Both the position numbers and the translations under genes were made by a program. From the IMG/VR virus record IMGVR_UViG_3300010413_000033, positions 1-58,951 of that record: a stretch of DNA of 58,951 nucleotides. The stretch is one strand, 5' to 3'. Positions within the stretch are counted from its first letter, which is position 1; each line of letters opens with the position of its first letter. This document shows positions 48,371-57,502 of the stretch, piece by piece. The notes beneath the pieces were generated by a model. The model saw only the letters and a program-made list of their open reading frames with translations, did no database searches and was not told the origin of the DNA. Origin of the DNA: a virus. Taxonomy: Duplodnaviria > Caudoviricetes.

Positions 48371-49615
48371 ATGGCTGGACCCTACTACGTTGACATAGGT
48401 AGTCCTGGCGCTTGGAATGGGCGAACGGGCCTTGACACCTCAAGCAATTGTTGGCTTGGGATTTCGGGCCTTCAGAAAGCCTTTGACTACGTTACTGCCG
48501 GAAACGGCCCTGTCTACATAAAAGGCACAGGGGATTTGAGCAAATTCTACTCCGTTGGGTACGATGCAAGTTCCGGCACTACGATGACCGATGGTGAAGC
48601 CGTTTCATGGCACGATGGGGCAGGGGTCATCCATTGTGGGGATACAAGCGGGGGTAGTGGTACGGTTGAAGTTGAAATTACAAGTGGCAATGCGCCGTCT
48701 GATAACGATGTGATCACAGGCACTACGAGTGGTCAGACTATTACATGTACGGCTTCAATTGCCCTTAGTTCGGTCATGATTAATACAAATGATGGTGACT
48801 ATGCTAATGGTTGGATAAAGTTCATTGGTGTAAATAGTAGTTGGGTATTTGATGAAACACGGGCAATTATTGATGCGAACAATGCAAATGTCCATGCTTT
48901 TAATTTAAGCAAAACCATGACTTGGTTTCATAACATTGAGGTCAAGAGAACGGGAACTGAAAATGGTTTTCATAGGGACAGTGGTGGAAGTGGAATTGTT
49001 TTTATAAATTGCTGTGCTAACAATTGCGACTATGGATGGTATCTTTCTGCAATTAATACTTTGTTCATTTGTTGTGTTGGCTATGCAAATACTATTGCTT
49101 GTTATAGTTCTTACAATATTAATCGAAAATTTTGGTGTTGTTTCAGGGATAACACATCGGTGGGGGCAAACTACACATCAAAATATATTGGTTGTATGGC
49201 TTATGATAATGGTTCAAGAGATTTTGGATCTATGACAAATTGCCTTATGCTGAATTGCGTTGCAAATGGGGGAGATGGGGATGGAATGAATATTGATACA
49301 CATACATCCAACACAAATCTTCCATTGCTCATTGGGTGCCGTTTGACAAATCACAGCCAATCAGGTAAGTCGGGCATTGATGGGAATAGTAGGCCATTTG
49401 TTGTTGGCCATAGTTATTTTGAAGACAATGATACAAACATGAGAAATGATAGTTTGTTTAATTTTATCCCTGATGATAGCAATGCTACAACTAACATGGA
49501 AGATCAAGCGGATACAAACGAAGGATATACTGACTTGACGGATGGATCAGAAAACATGAACCTGAATTCCGATGCGACTATGCGCCGCATTGCTGTATCA
49601 ATACCTACGAGTTAA
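48371..49615 (+). CDS. Parallel beta-helix (pectin lyase-like) receptor-binding/depolymerase candidate
   Basis: YYVD start, LQKAFD, Asn/Cys ladders; C-terminus shared with the next gene. Confidence 0.75.
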   Translation: MAGPYYVDIGSPGAWNGRTGLDTSSNCWLGISGLQKAFDYVTAGNGPVYIKGTGDLSKFYSVGYDASSGTTMTDGEAVSWHDGAGVIHCGDTSGGSGTVEVEITSGNAPSDNDVITGTTSGQTITCTASIALSSVMINTNDGDYANGWIKFIGVNSSWVFDETRAIIDANNANVHAFNLSKTMTWFHNIEVKRTGTENGFHRDSGGSGIVFINCCANNCDYGWYLSAINTLFICCVGYANTIACYSSYNINRKFWCCFRDNTSVGANYTSKYIGCMAYDNGSRDFGSMTNCLMLNCVANGGDGDGMNIDTHTSNTNLPLLIGCRLTNHSQSGKSGIDGNSRPFVVGHSYFEDNDTNMRNDSLFNFIPDDSNATTNMEDQADTNEGYTDLTDGSENMNLNSDATMRRIAVSIPTS

Positions 49616-49618
49616 GAA

Positions 49619-50632
49619 ATGACTACTTACTACTTGGACCCTGCTGTTGGAAACGATAGTAACGACGGCTCCGATTGGGGCGCAAGCTACGCATGGGCAA
49701 CCTTGCAGAAAGCCGCTGACACGGCACAGGCTGGCGATATAGTGTATTGCCGTGGGACGGAAACCATTTCCGCACAGGTTGACTTTGACACATATGGCGG
49801 AACATACACGGCAGGGTTTATCAAATTTATAGGGTGCAACGGTTCGGGCGTAGTTGATGGCACACGCTACATAGTTGATGCGAACAATGCCAATATTCAT
49901 GGAATTTCGTTGGCGGTAAGCACCATTTGGTTTCAGAATTTTGAAGTCAAAAGAACAGGGACACAGAATGGATTTCGTAGGACAGGCGGATGGACACACT
50001 ATTTTATAAATTGCTGTGCGAATAATTGTAGCACAGGTTTTTCACTACCATCAACATCCAATTCTCTATTTTACAAGTGTGTCGCTTATGCAAATTCTAC
50101 TGGTTTTTACGTTGATGGGACATCCAACCAAACCATCTTTTGCTGTAGTCGAGATAATACGGATTATAACCATAACTACGGTATCGGTTTATATTATTGT
50201 ATATCATACGATGGTGGGGTAGCGACCATAAACAACGCGGCAACTGGGTTATTGTTTTGTTCATCCATAGATGGGATTGGAAGTAGTGGTGATGGAATTA
50301 CTCTTACATCCACTAGCAGTTCATCGCAACATTTCACAATGCTTGGCTGTCGTGTAACAAATTTTTCAACTTCTGGAAAGATAGGGTTAAATTGTGTCAA
50401 TCGTCCGGCAATTGTAGGATATTGTTATTTTGAAAATAATGATGGTGATAATATTCAAAATACTAATGTGCTTGAAATATTGGTGGACTTGGATGGCAAT
50501 ACCACCAATATTGAAGATCAAAGCGACACAGATCAAGGCTACGTTGATCCAAATAGTGAGGGATCTGAAGACTATAACCTACGTTCTGATGCGACACTAC
50601 GCAGGGTAGCAATAGCGATACCGACGAGCTAG
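49619..50632 (+). CDS. Parallel beta-helix protein, paralog of 48371-49615
   Basis: YYLDPAVGNDSNDG..WATLQKAADTAQAGDIVY; shared DANNAN.H and FINCCANNC; ends SDATLRRVAIAIPTS. Confidence 0.8.
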   Translation: MTTYYLDPAVGNDSNDGSDWGASYAWATLQKAADTAQAGDIVYCRGTETISAQVDFDTYGGTYTAGFIKFIGCNGSGVVDGTRYIVDANNANIHGISLAVSTIWFQNFEVKRTGTQNGFRRTGGWTHYFINCCANNCSTGFSLPSTSNSLFYKCVAYANSTGFYVDGTSNQTIFCCSRDNTDYNHNYGIGLYYCISYDGGVATINNAATGLLFCSSIDGIGSSGDGITLTSTSSSSQHFTMLGCRVTNFSTSGKIGLNCVNRPAIVGYCYFENNDGDNIQNTNVLEILVDLDGNTTNIEDQSDTDQGYVDPNSEGSEDYNLRSDATLRRVAIAIPTS

Positions 50633-52237
50633 ATGGCAAACGAATTCTACATATCAGCTGGACTACCTCCCATTGACAACTCTGAGGGAGCTGCCAGCAA
50701 TACGGCCTACGTCGCCGCTGGCCTGATACCAGACGACGTAGAAACTACGTTGTCTGTTTCCGTATTTGAAACCGTAGCAGTAGAGGATTCCCCTACTACG
50801 TCAAGCCCTTATCCGGTTGATATTGAAGACGTTGTCATCAGCATTGTATCTGCCAGAACCATATCCGACATAGTTGAGACCGTAGCCGTTGTTGATAGTG
50901 CTGACGTAGTCATTTCAACCTCAGAGATTCCAGCAGTAGTTGACTCCTTGGAATTCTCTGATAGTGTCACGGTTTACGCAGTCCCTATTTCTGATCTTGA
51001 CATATCAAATGTAGTTGATTCATTTGAGACAACGGATAGTGTAGTTATTGAAGAGATAGGGATAGACTCTGGCGACATAGTTGATAGTGTAGAATTCTCC
51101 GACAACGTCACAGTGTCAGTCCCTGTAGTGGTTGAGGACATCATAGCAGAGGAGGACACTGGCGAAAATCTCAACGCGCAGCCTTTAGCTGATCCAATAG
51201 CCGTTGAGGACTCTGCAAGTGTAGTGCTTCCAGATGCCCTTGAGCTGAGCGTCTACGAAGAGATTGCCGTAAGCGACTACACATCAGCCGCACTGCCAGA
51301 CCTTGAGGTTTCAGACTACGACGTAGTGGAGTTCGAAGACTCTGGTCAAGCATCCGTCCTATCGGCGGAGGATGTCAACGTTGAACCTTTGCCAGAGTCG
51401 TTCACCTTGACCGACACGGTCAGTCTGTCCATTGACGATCTTGAAGCCAGCACCTACGACGAAACTACTATTTCAGAAAACGTAGTCGCGTCTGAGGATG
51501 CACTGGATATCAGCGTTGACGATCTGACAAACCTAGAGGACTCTGGGCAAGCATCGGTAACATCCGTCTCTGACAGGAATGCGCAGCCAGAGGCCGACAC
51601 ATTTGAGATAACGGAAAGCACTACGTTATCTATTTCTGATCTGGAAGCAGATGTATTCGACCTCACTACTATATCTGATGTCACTACTGATGCACTTTCG
51701 GATCTTGAAGCAAGCGTATTTGACACTACTGAGTTTTCAGACAGCGCGGCGGTTCTCTCTGAATCACTACAAGTAGACGTAGTTGATAGTGTTGCGTTTG
51801 AAGATTCGGGACAGGTAGAAGTAGGCGAGATTCCAGACAGGAATATTCAGCCGTTTGAAACCGTAGAGATTACCGATGCAGTCAATGTAACTACGGAGGC
51901 CATCTCAGGGACCATTTGCTGGGGTCATGATAGTGATGTGGTTGAAAACGTAGTGAAGGATTTTACGGGCAACTGGACTGGAACAGGGGATATAGTAGGT
52001 AGTGGTGACGCGGAAGCCATTGAAATAGATAGTGGAGAAACAATGGAGTCGGAGACATGGGAGACAGGAGCGGTCCCTGTCAAGATCACACCAAACAAAT
52101 ACGGGACAGGAATAGGCGTAGTTCATATTGAATACAAGACAGGAGATTCGGTAGGGAATTGTGAGGCAGATAGCTGGCATGAATACGTTGGCAGTTTTAT
52201 AAGTAGCGGCTATGTGAAGGTGAAGGTGAGTACGTAG
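50633..52237 (+). CDS. Acidic repeat stalk protein with shared C-terminal module
   Basis: Repeats of ~21-25 aa; module spans 51908-52237. Confidence 0.75.
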   Translation: MANEFYISAGLPPIDNSEGAASNTAYVAAGLIPDDVETTLSVSVFETVAVEDSPTTSSPYPVDIEDVVISIVSARTISDIVETVAVVDSADVVISTSEIPAVVDSLEFSDSVTVYAVPISDLDISNVVDSFETTDSVVIEEIGIDSGDIVDSVEFSDNVTVSVPVVVEDIIAEEDTGENLNAQPLADPIAVEDSASVVLPDALELSVYEEIAVSDYTSAALPDLEVSDYDVVEFEDSGQASVLSAEDVNVEPLPESFTLTDTVSLSIDDLEASTYDETTISENVVASEDALDISVDDLTNLEDSGQASVTSVSDRNAQPEADTFEITESTTLSISDLEADVFDLTTISDVTTDALSDLEASVFDTTEFSDSAAVLSESLQVDVVDSVAFEDSGQVEVGEIPDRNIQPFETVEITDAVNVTTEAISGTICWGHDSDVVENVVKDFTGNWTGTGDIVGSGDAEAIEIDSGETMESETWETGAVPVKITPNKYGTGIGVVHIEYKTGDSVGNCEADSWHEYVGSFISSGYVKVKVST

Positions 52238-55200
52238 TGGCTCAAGTATCACTATATGTAAATGAGATTGTAAGTGCTGGCGCTTGGACACAGGTTGGGT
52301 CTACGCCCTACCTGAATGTGCAGGATCAGCCTACGTCTTACATTCACTCCACTTCTCGTAATGCGAATTCAGATGTCTACGGATTTGCTGATAGCGCTGA
52401 CCTTGGCACTATCAACTGGGTGCGACTCTACGTCTACTGTCAACATGGTGGCGCTACGAGTGACTTTGCCACTATCCTGAATGCTACGGACACTGGCCTG
52501 ACTCCTCCTGCATCGTGGACTTGGGTTTATATAGATGTCACTGCTATCATAGGCACATGGTCGGCCATCAACGCGGCCACTATGTATTTCGATAAGCCCA
52601 ACACTACTAATGACCCAGCCGTTGACTGTGCCTACCTTCTTGTTGACTACACTGAGTCATCTGATCGTAGTGTAAACAAATTTGAAACCGTAGCAATTAC
52701 GGAAAGCAGGACTGTAAGGATACAAGATGCGTTAAAGATAAACAAATCTGAAACCGTAGCAGTTACAGATACAAGAACAGTTTCAATGCCGCGAGCCGTC
52801 AATAAGTTTGAAACCGTAGCGGTCACGGACACAAAAACAGTTTCAGTTACTCGCAACATTCCTACCAAGTTTGAAACCGTAGCATTCGCGGAAAGCAGAA
52901 CCGTCACACTGCCAGATGCTTTAAAGATCAGCACCTACGACAACATAGGGTTTGAAGACATAGTGGACGATATCTCTATCCCTTCAGCTGGGATAGAGTT
53001 TGATGCGGCTGGCCCAGGTGATAGCGGAACTATTGAATCCACTATCTCTTGGTCACATACATGCACTGGCTCTGATGGAATTCTAATCGTAGCGACGTTT
53101 GACACTGGTGGCACTGACAGAGTTACGAGTGTCAAATACAACTCCGTTGATCTGAAGCTATTTGGTCGCTCCGATTATTCAGGCTCTTTTGTAAGCGAAC
53201 TATGGTATCTGGTAAATCCTGATACAGGAACAAATACCATAGAGGTTGTTCACTCCACAACGCCTGGTGTTTTGGTAGGCACTTCTGTAAGCTACGTCGG
53301 AGTCAATACAGACTTTCCTTTTGGATACTGGGCAAAGAAAGGAGGAACTGGAGAACCATCACTGACTTTAAGTAGTAGTTCAGATGAGGTAGTGATTGAT
53401 GCTCTCGGCTCTTGGCATCCTCTAGATCCAGTCCCAGATGGAGGACAGACACTACGTGCCCAAAAAGAGTGCGATACGGATGCATACTATCATGTGTCTT
53501 TCTCCGAAAAGCCAGGTGACACCTCAGTTACTATGGGGTGGAATTCACTAACTGTTTGGGCGCACACTGCCGTAGCACTACGCCCTACTGGTAGTGGTCC
53601 TAGTGAAGTCTATCTCTACGATGTTTATGACTCAACCGTAGTCAGCGATGTTCCTTCCGCAAGTCTGTCCGATCTTGAGATTTCTGTCAACGATACTATG
53701 CAGCTGGAAGACAGCGGTAGTTGTTCACTTGGAATAGTATTTGATGCGGTAGGCCCTGGCGATTTTAATGATGATTCAACTACACTATCTTGGTCGCACA
53801 CTTGCTCTGGCTCTGACAGGATTCTGCTTGTAGCGACGTTTGACGAGCTTGGTAGCGGAGGTCGGATATCAAGCGTTAAGTACAACTCCGTAGATTTAAA
53901 GCGGTTTTGTCGTATTTTTAATGCTATAGCTTCTGGCATCTGGACAGAACTATGGTATTTGGAGAATCCAGATACAGGGTCCAATACTATAGATGTTGTT
54001 TTTTCTGCAAGCGTTGGAGTTAAACTTGGCATCTCTGTAAGCTACACTGGAGTAAACACCGACTATCCTTTTGGATACTGGGCAAAAGGGTCAGGTCAGT
54101 CTTCCGAACCGTCGTTAAATTTAAGCAGTAGTTCCGACGAACTAGTAGTTGATGCTCTTGGTGCAGGTAATACATTAGATCCTGTTCCAGATGGAGGACA
54201 GACACTACGGGCGCATAGGGAAGGGGAGACAGCTACTGCATATCACATATCTCTATCAGAAAAGCCAGGTGACACCTCAGTTACTATGGGGTGGAATACC
54301 CTGGCGTTTTGGATTCATATTGCTGTAGCGCTACGTCCTGCTGGTAGTGGTCCTAGTGAAGTCTATCTCTACGATGTTTATGACAGGGTTGGAGTAAGTA
54401 GTGTTCTTAGCGGCAAAAGCCTGTCAAATTCTGAAATCTCTGTCAACGACACTACTCAATTAGAAGATAGCGGCAATGCTAGTATCGCTGATCTTGGAGA
54501 CTACGAAGTAAATGTCTATGATGAGACAGGAATCAGTGATGTTCCTGATGTTGTTATATCTGATCTTGAGATCTCTGTAAACGACACTACGCAACTGGAG
54601 GATGATGGTAGTGCTAGTGTTGCTGATCTTGGAGACTATGAGGTAGATGTTTACGATGAAATTGCAGTTAGCGATATTCCTTCTGCAAGTCTGCCTGACC
54701 TTGAAGTTTCAGTCAATGATACTACGCAACTGGAGGATAGCGACGACACAAGCCTGTCAGATCTTGAGGCATCAGTAAACGACACTACGCAACTGGAAGA
54801 CAGTGGCAGTGGGAGCTTGCCTGACCTTGAGATCTCTGTCAATGACAGTACACAATTGGAAGACAGCGGCGATGCTGGCATTGAAGGGCTTGAGGACTAT
54901 GAAGTCGATGTTTACGATGAGACGGCTGTCGATGACACTACAGCACTTGCACTTTCCGACATAGAGCCTAGCACTACTGATTCTTTTGATCTTTCGGATT
55001 ACTCCGCCGCGTCCCTCAAAGTCACTATCGATGACATTGTCATTGAGACCGGACTGCCTGAGATAGTAGCCCATGAAGACGTAGCAATAGACGACTCTGT
55101 AAGCGTGGAAGCAGAGGCCCAGCCCTACTACGACTTAGGGGTCTTGGACTCTTTCAATATTTCTGACACGCCCAGCCTTGAGATAGATCTTGAGATCACT

Positions 55201-56646
55201 ACATATGAAGAGTTTGAATGTAGTGACGCGGCTTCTGCCACACTGCCCGATGCGCTGGAGATCACTACATATGAGGAGTTTGAATGTAGTGACACTGATT
55301 CAGCCCTGCTACCGGACTCTTTGGAGATCACTACATACGATGAGGTGATATGTAGTGAGTATGTAAATGCCTATGTGCCTGAAATAGGGGTCATCCAGCT
55401 CTCTGTAGACGATGAATTAGGCGCTCAGGACTCCGCATTTGCCTCTCTGGACGATCTTGCCCTAAATGCATATGAAGAGGCAGGGTTAGAAGATCAAACG
55501 GCTGTGGAGCTTCCTGATGCATTGGAGATCACTACATATGAAGTAGTGGAATTCAGCGACACAGCACAGGCTTCACTACCAGATTCGCTTGAGATCTCTT
55601 CATACGACGAGATAGTAGTTGAAGATTCTGGATCTGCCCAAGTTGAATCAGCTCCTAGTAGATCCGTAGATGTCTACGATGAGCTTGAAATAGTAGATAG
55701 TGCTGCTGCAATCCTGCCAGACGATTTGGAGATCACTATATATGACGTAGTGACAGTGGCGGAAGCTGATCCAGAGTTGCTGGTTGAAGAAGAGGGCATT
55801 AGATATGTAAACAAATCGGAGACCGTAGAGTTTAGCGAATACGCCGCCCTGGATGTCAGTGACCCACAGGTCAGCGACATAGTTGATAGTGTAGCGTTTG
55901 AAGATAGTCCAACGGTGAGCGTGGAGTCTGTTCCTACGAGATCGGTCAGCGTATACGATGAGGTAGGGGCTTTAGATAGTGTCAATGCTGTTCTGCCAGA
56001 TGCTCTGAACATCACTACATATGAGGAGTTCGAATGTAGCGAAACGGCTTCGGCCAGTGTGTCAGTCATTCCTGTCAGGACTGTTTCGGTTGTTGATTCC
56101 TTTGAGCTTACCGATAGTGTAGTTGCTGAGCTGGAAGACCTTGAGGTCTCAGTAGTTGAAGAAGTAGCACTATCCGATCAATGCTCTTCAGCCACAGGAG
56201 ATCTGGATGCCTCAGTAGTTGACAGTGTTGGGGCAGAGGATAGCGCGACTGTAGATATAGTGCTCACTGTCAGCACCTACGATGGCCTGGAGTACAGTGA
56301 CACTGACTCCGCCACATTGCCTGATGCTTTGGTCGTCACTGTCCATGATGACGTAGCACTGGAAGATACTGGATCTGTTTTTGTAGAGGCGGAAGGGACT
56401 CTGTTTACTGGCGTAGTTGACTCCGTAGCCATAGAGGATGCTTCAACTGTCTACATAGTGAGTTTGGGCAAGATAGTAGATCCTACTATTGTTAGTAGTT
56501 CTACTGGCAGGACACTTGAGGATAGTAGTCCATCTAGGACTTTAAGTAGTGGTACTCCCACTAGGACACTTGAGGATAGTAGTCCATCTAGGACTTTAGG
56601 TAGTGGTACTCCTATCAGGACTATTACCTCTGCAAAATACGATTAA
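52237..56646 (+). CDS. Giant acidic repeat fibre-like protein with two ~205-aa globular inserts
   Basis: NKFETVAVT, DLEISVNDTTQLEDSG and LPDALEITTYEE repeats; inserts ~52990-53613 and ~53731-54366; Ser/Thr/Arg-periodic C-terminal tail. Confidence 0.8.
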   Translation: MAQVSLYVNEIVSAGAWTQVGSTPYLNVQDQPTSYIHSTSRNANSDVYGFADSADLGTINWVRLYVYCQHGGATSDFATILNATDTGLTPPASWTWVYIDVTAIIGTWSAINAATMYFDKPNTTNDPAVDCAYLLVDYTESSDRSVNKFETVAITESRTVRIQDALKINKSETVAVTDTRTVSMPRAVNKFETVAVTDTKTVSVTRNIPTKFETVAFAESRTVTLPDALKISTYDNIGFEDIVDDISIPSAGIEFDAAGPGDSGTIESTISWSHTCTGSDGILIVATFDTGGTDRVTSVKYNSVDLKLFGRSDYSGSFVSELWYLVNPDTGTNTIEVVHSTTPGVLVGTSVSYVGVNTDFPFGYWAKKGGTGEPSLTLSSSSDEVVIDALGSWHPLDPVPDGGQTLRAQKECDTDAYYHVSFSEKPGDTSVTMGWNSLTVWAHTAVALRPTGSGPSEVYLYDVYDSTVVSDVPSASLSDLEISVNDTMQLEDSGSCSLGIVFDAVGPGDFNDDSTTLSWSHTCSGSDRILLVATFDELGSGGRISSVKYNSVDLKRFCRIFNAIASGIWTELWYLENPDTGSNTIDVVFSASVGVKLGISVSYTGVNTDYPFGYWAKGSGQSSEPSLNLSSSSDELVVDALGAGNTLDPVPDGGQTLRAHREGETATAYHISLSEKPGDTSVTMGWNTLAFWIHIAVALRPAGSGPSEVYLYDVYDRVGVSSVLSGKSLSNSEISVNDTTQLEDSGNASIADLGDYEVNVYDETGISDVPDVVISDLEISVNDTTQLEDDGSASVADLGDYEVDVYDEIAVSDIPSASLPDLEVSVNDTTQLEDSDDTSLSDLEASVNDTTQLEDSGSGSLPDLEISVNDSTQLEDSGDAGIEGLEDYEVDVYDETAVDDTTALALSDIEPSTTDSFDLSDYSAASLKVTIDDIVIETGLPEIVAHEDVAIDDSVSVEAEAQPYYDLGVLDSFNISDTPSLEIDLEITTYEEFECSDAASATLPDALEITTYEEFECSDTDSALLPDSLEITTYDEVICSEYVNAYVPEIGVIQLSVDDELGAQDSAFASLDDLALNAYEEAGLEDQTAVELPDALEITTYEVVEFSDTAQASLPDSLEISSYDEIVVEDSGSAQVESAPSRSVDVYDELEIVDSAAAILPDDLEITIYDVVTVAEADPELLVEEEGIRYVNKSETVEFSEYAALDVSDPQVSDIVDSVAFEDSPTVSVESVPTRSVSVYDEVGALDSVNAVLPDALNITTYEEFECSETASASVSVIPVRTVSVVDSFELTDSVVAELEDLEVSVVEEVALSDQCSSATGDLDASVVDSVGAEDSATVDIVLTVSTYDGLEYSDTDSATLPDALVVTVHDDVALEDTGSVFVEAEGTLFTGVVDSVAIEDASTVYIVSLGKIVDPTIVSSSTGRTLEDSSPSRTLSSGTPTRTLEDSSPSRTLGSGTPIRTITSAKYD
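56509..56612 (+). repeat. 54-bp tandem repeat encoding RTLEDSSPSRTL(S/G)SGTP
   Basis: Two near-identical copies starting at 56509 and 56563. Confidence 0.9.
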
Positions 56647-56661
56647 ATGGAGGGAAGGGAA

Positions 56662-56982
56662 ATGGCAGTGACAGAAGTGTTTTATCTTGGAGAGGACAAT
56701 GCTTTCAAGCTGACCTTGAAAGAGGATGGTAGTGCAAAGGATTTAACGAGTGTAACTGAGGTAGTGCTCACATTCAGCGATGGCACTACCATATCATCTG
56801 ATGATTATCCACTTGCTTTTGATTTCACTACAGAAGCTGTAGATGGTAAGATCACAGTGTCGTTGAATGAGGCCGCTGCTGCTGGATTAACAAGGCAGAC
56901 CTATGTAGTGGAGATATCCGTAATCGATCCAACAAATACTGATGGAGTAGATTGGGGTGCATTTAAATTGATGGTGATATAG
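56662..56982 (+). CDS. Small Ig/BppU-like adaptor protein
   Basis: GEDNAFKLTLK.DG...DLTSVT...GKITVSL...YVVEI resembles baseplate-upper N-terminal domains; last + strand gene. Confidence 0.6.
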   Translation: MAVTEVFYLGEDNAFKLTLKEDGSAKDLTSVTEVVLTFSDGTTISSDDYPLAFDFTTEAVDGKITVSLNEAAAAGLTRQTYVVEISVIDPTNTDGVDWGAFKLMVI

Positions 56983-57105
56983 TGAACTACGACGCACTAG
57001 AAGACTTGACTATGAATGCTATCCCTTCATATAGTAGTGCTGCTGGGTTTCTCTTTGTTTTCTTTTTCTCTCATAGTAGTCCACCAAGATAAAATGTAGT
57101 GTAGT

Positions 57106-57143
57106 AATAAAAAGGGGGCTAGGTTATCCTACCTAACCCCCTT
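57106..57143 (-). terminator. Intrinsic terminator of the minus-strand unit
   Basis: Minus strand reads GGGGGTTAGGT-AGGATA-ACCTAGCCCCC-TTTTTATT. One pair is G-U only on this strand. Confidence 0.85.
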
Positions 57144-57179
57144 GGCAATGCATCCACATTGTGCTGATGTGTGCATTAG

Positions 57180-57497
57180 ACACGGGGTGGCTTGCTTGTT
57201 CTCAACAACTACCTAGTAGTTCTGATGCTGATTAGGACCGCTCGGCCTCTGAGCTACCGCACCATATAGTAGTGAATGTTTTTATTGGAGGTGCGGAGTG
57301 GATTTGAACCACTGACCTGTCCGTTATTTGAACTACTACCAGTTATAGAGAACTACAATAATGCCTGACACTGTGGGGCATAACACTAAAGCTTACGAAC
57401 TACTGCACTACTTCAACTGTATTTTTGAGATACATCCATAGCGGCTTACGTAGTTAATGTAGTGAATCTTAATATGACCTTTAACTTACCCCATCGT
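57180..57497 (-). ncRNA. Structured RNA with a circularly permuted tRNA-like domain (YrlA/Y-RNA-like topology)
   Basis: Minus strand: GGAC-AGGTC-[AGTGG TTCAAAT CCACT]-CCGCACC-T-CCA-(22 nt)-GGTGCGG-TA-[GCTC AGAGGCC GAGC]-G-GTCC. Enclosed by a long stem (57198-57353) and an outer helix (57180-57188 with 57488-57497). Confidence 0.85.
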
Positions 57498-57502
57498 TAG
57501 GA

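Noticed and set aside
42696-56646. Diversity-generating retroelement or invertase shufflon acting on fibre genes
   Set aside because: No reverse transcriptase or recombinase in the window, repeats are all direct, and I saw no adenine-specific mismatch pattern.
57027-57074. 15-codon minus-strand mini-ORF (MREKENKEKPSSTTI)
   Set aside because: Too short, lies beyond the terminator, and has no supporting evidence.
57235-57322. Canonical tRNA gene
   Set aside because: The halves are in reversed order and there is no anticodon loop; reported as a permuted tRNA-like RNA instead.
57180-57497. Two-piece tmRNA
   Set aside because: The acceptor stem has U3-A70 and a U discriminator rather than G3:U70 and A73, a full D-arm is present, and I see no tag reading frame.
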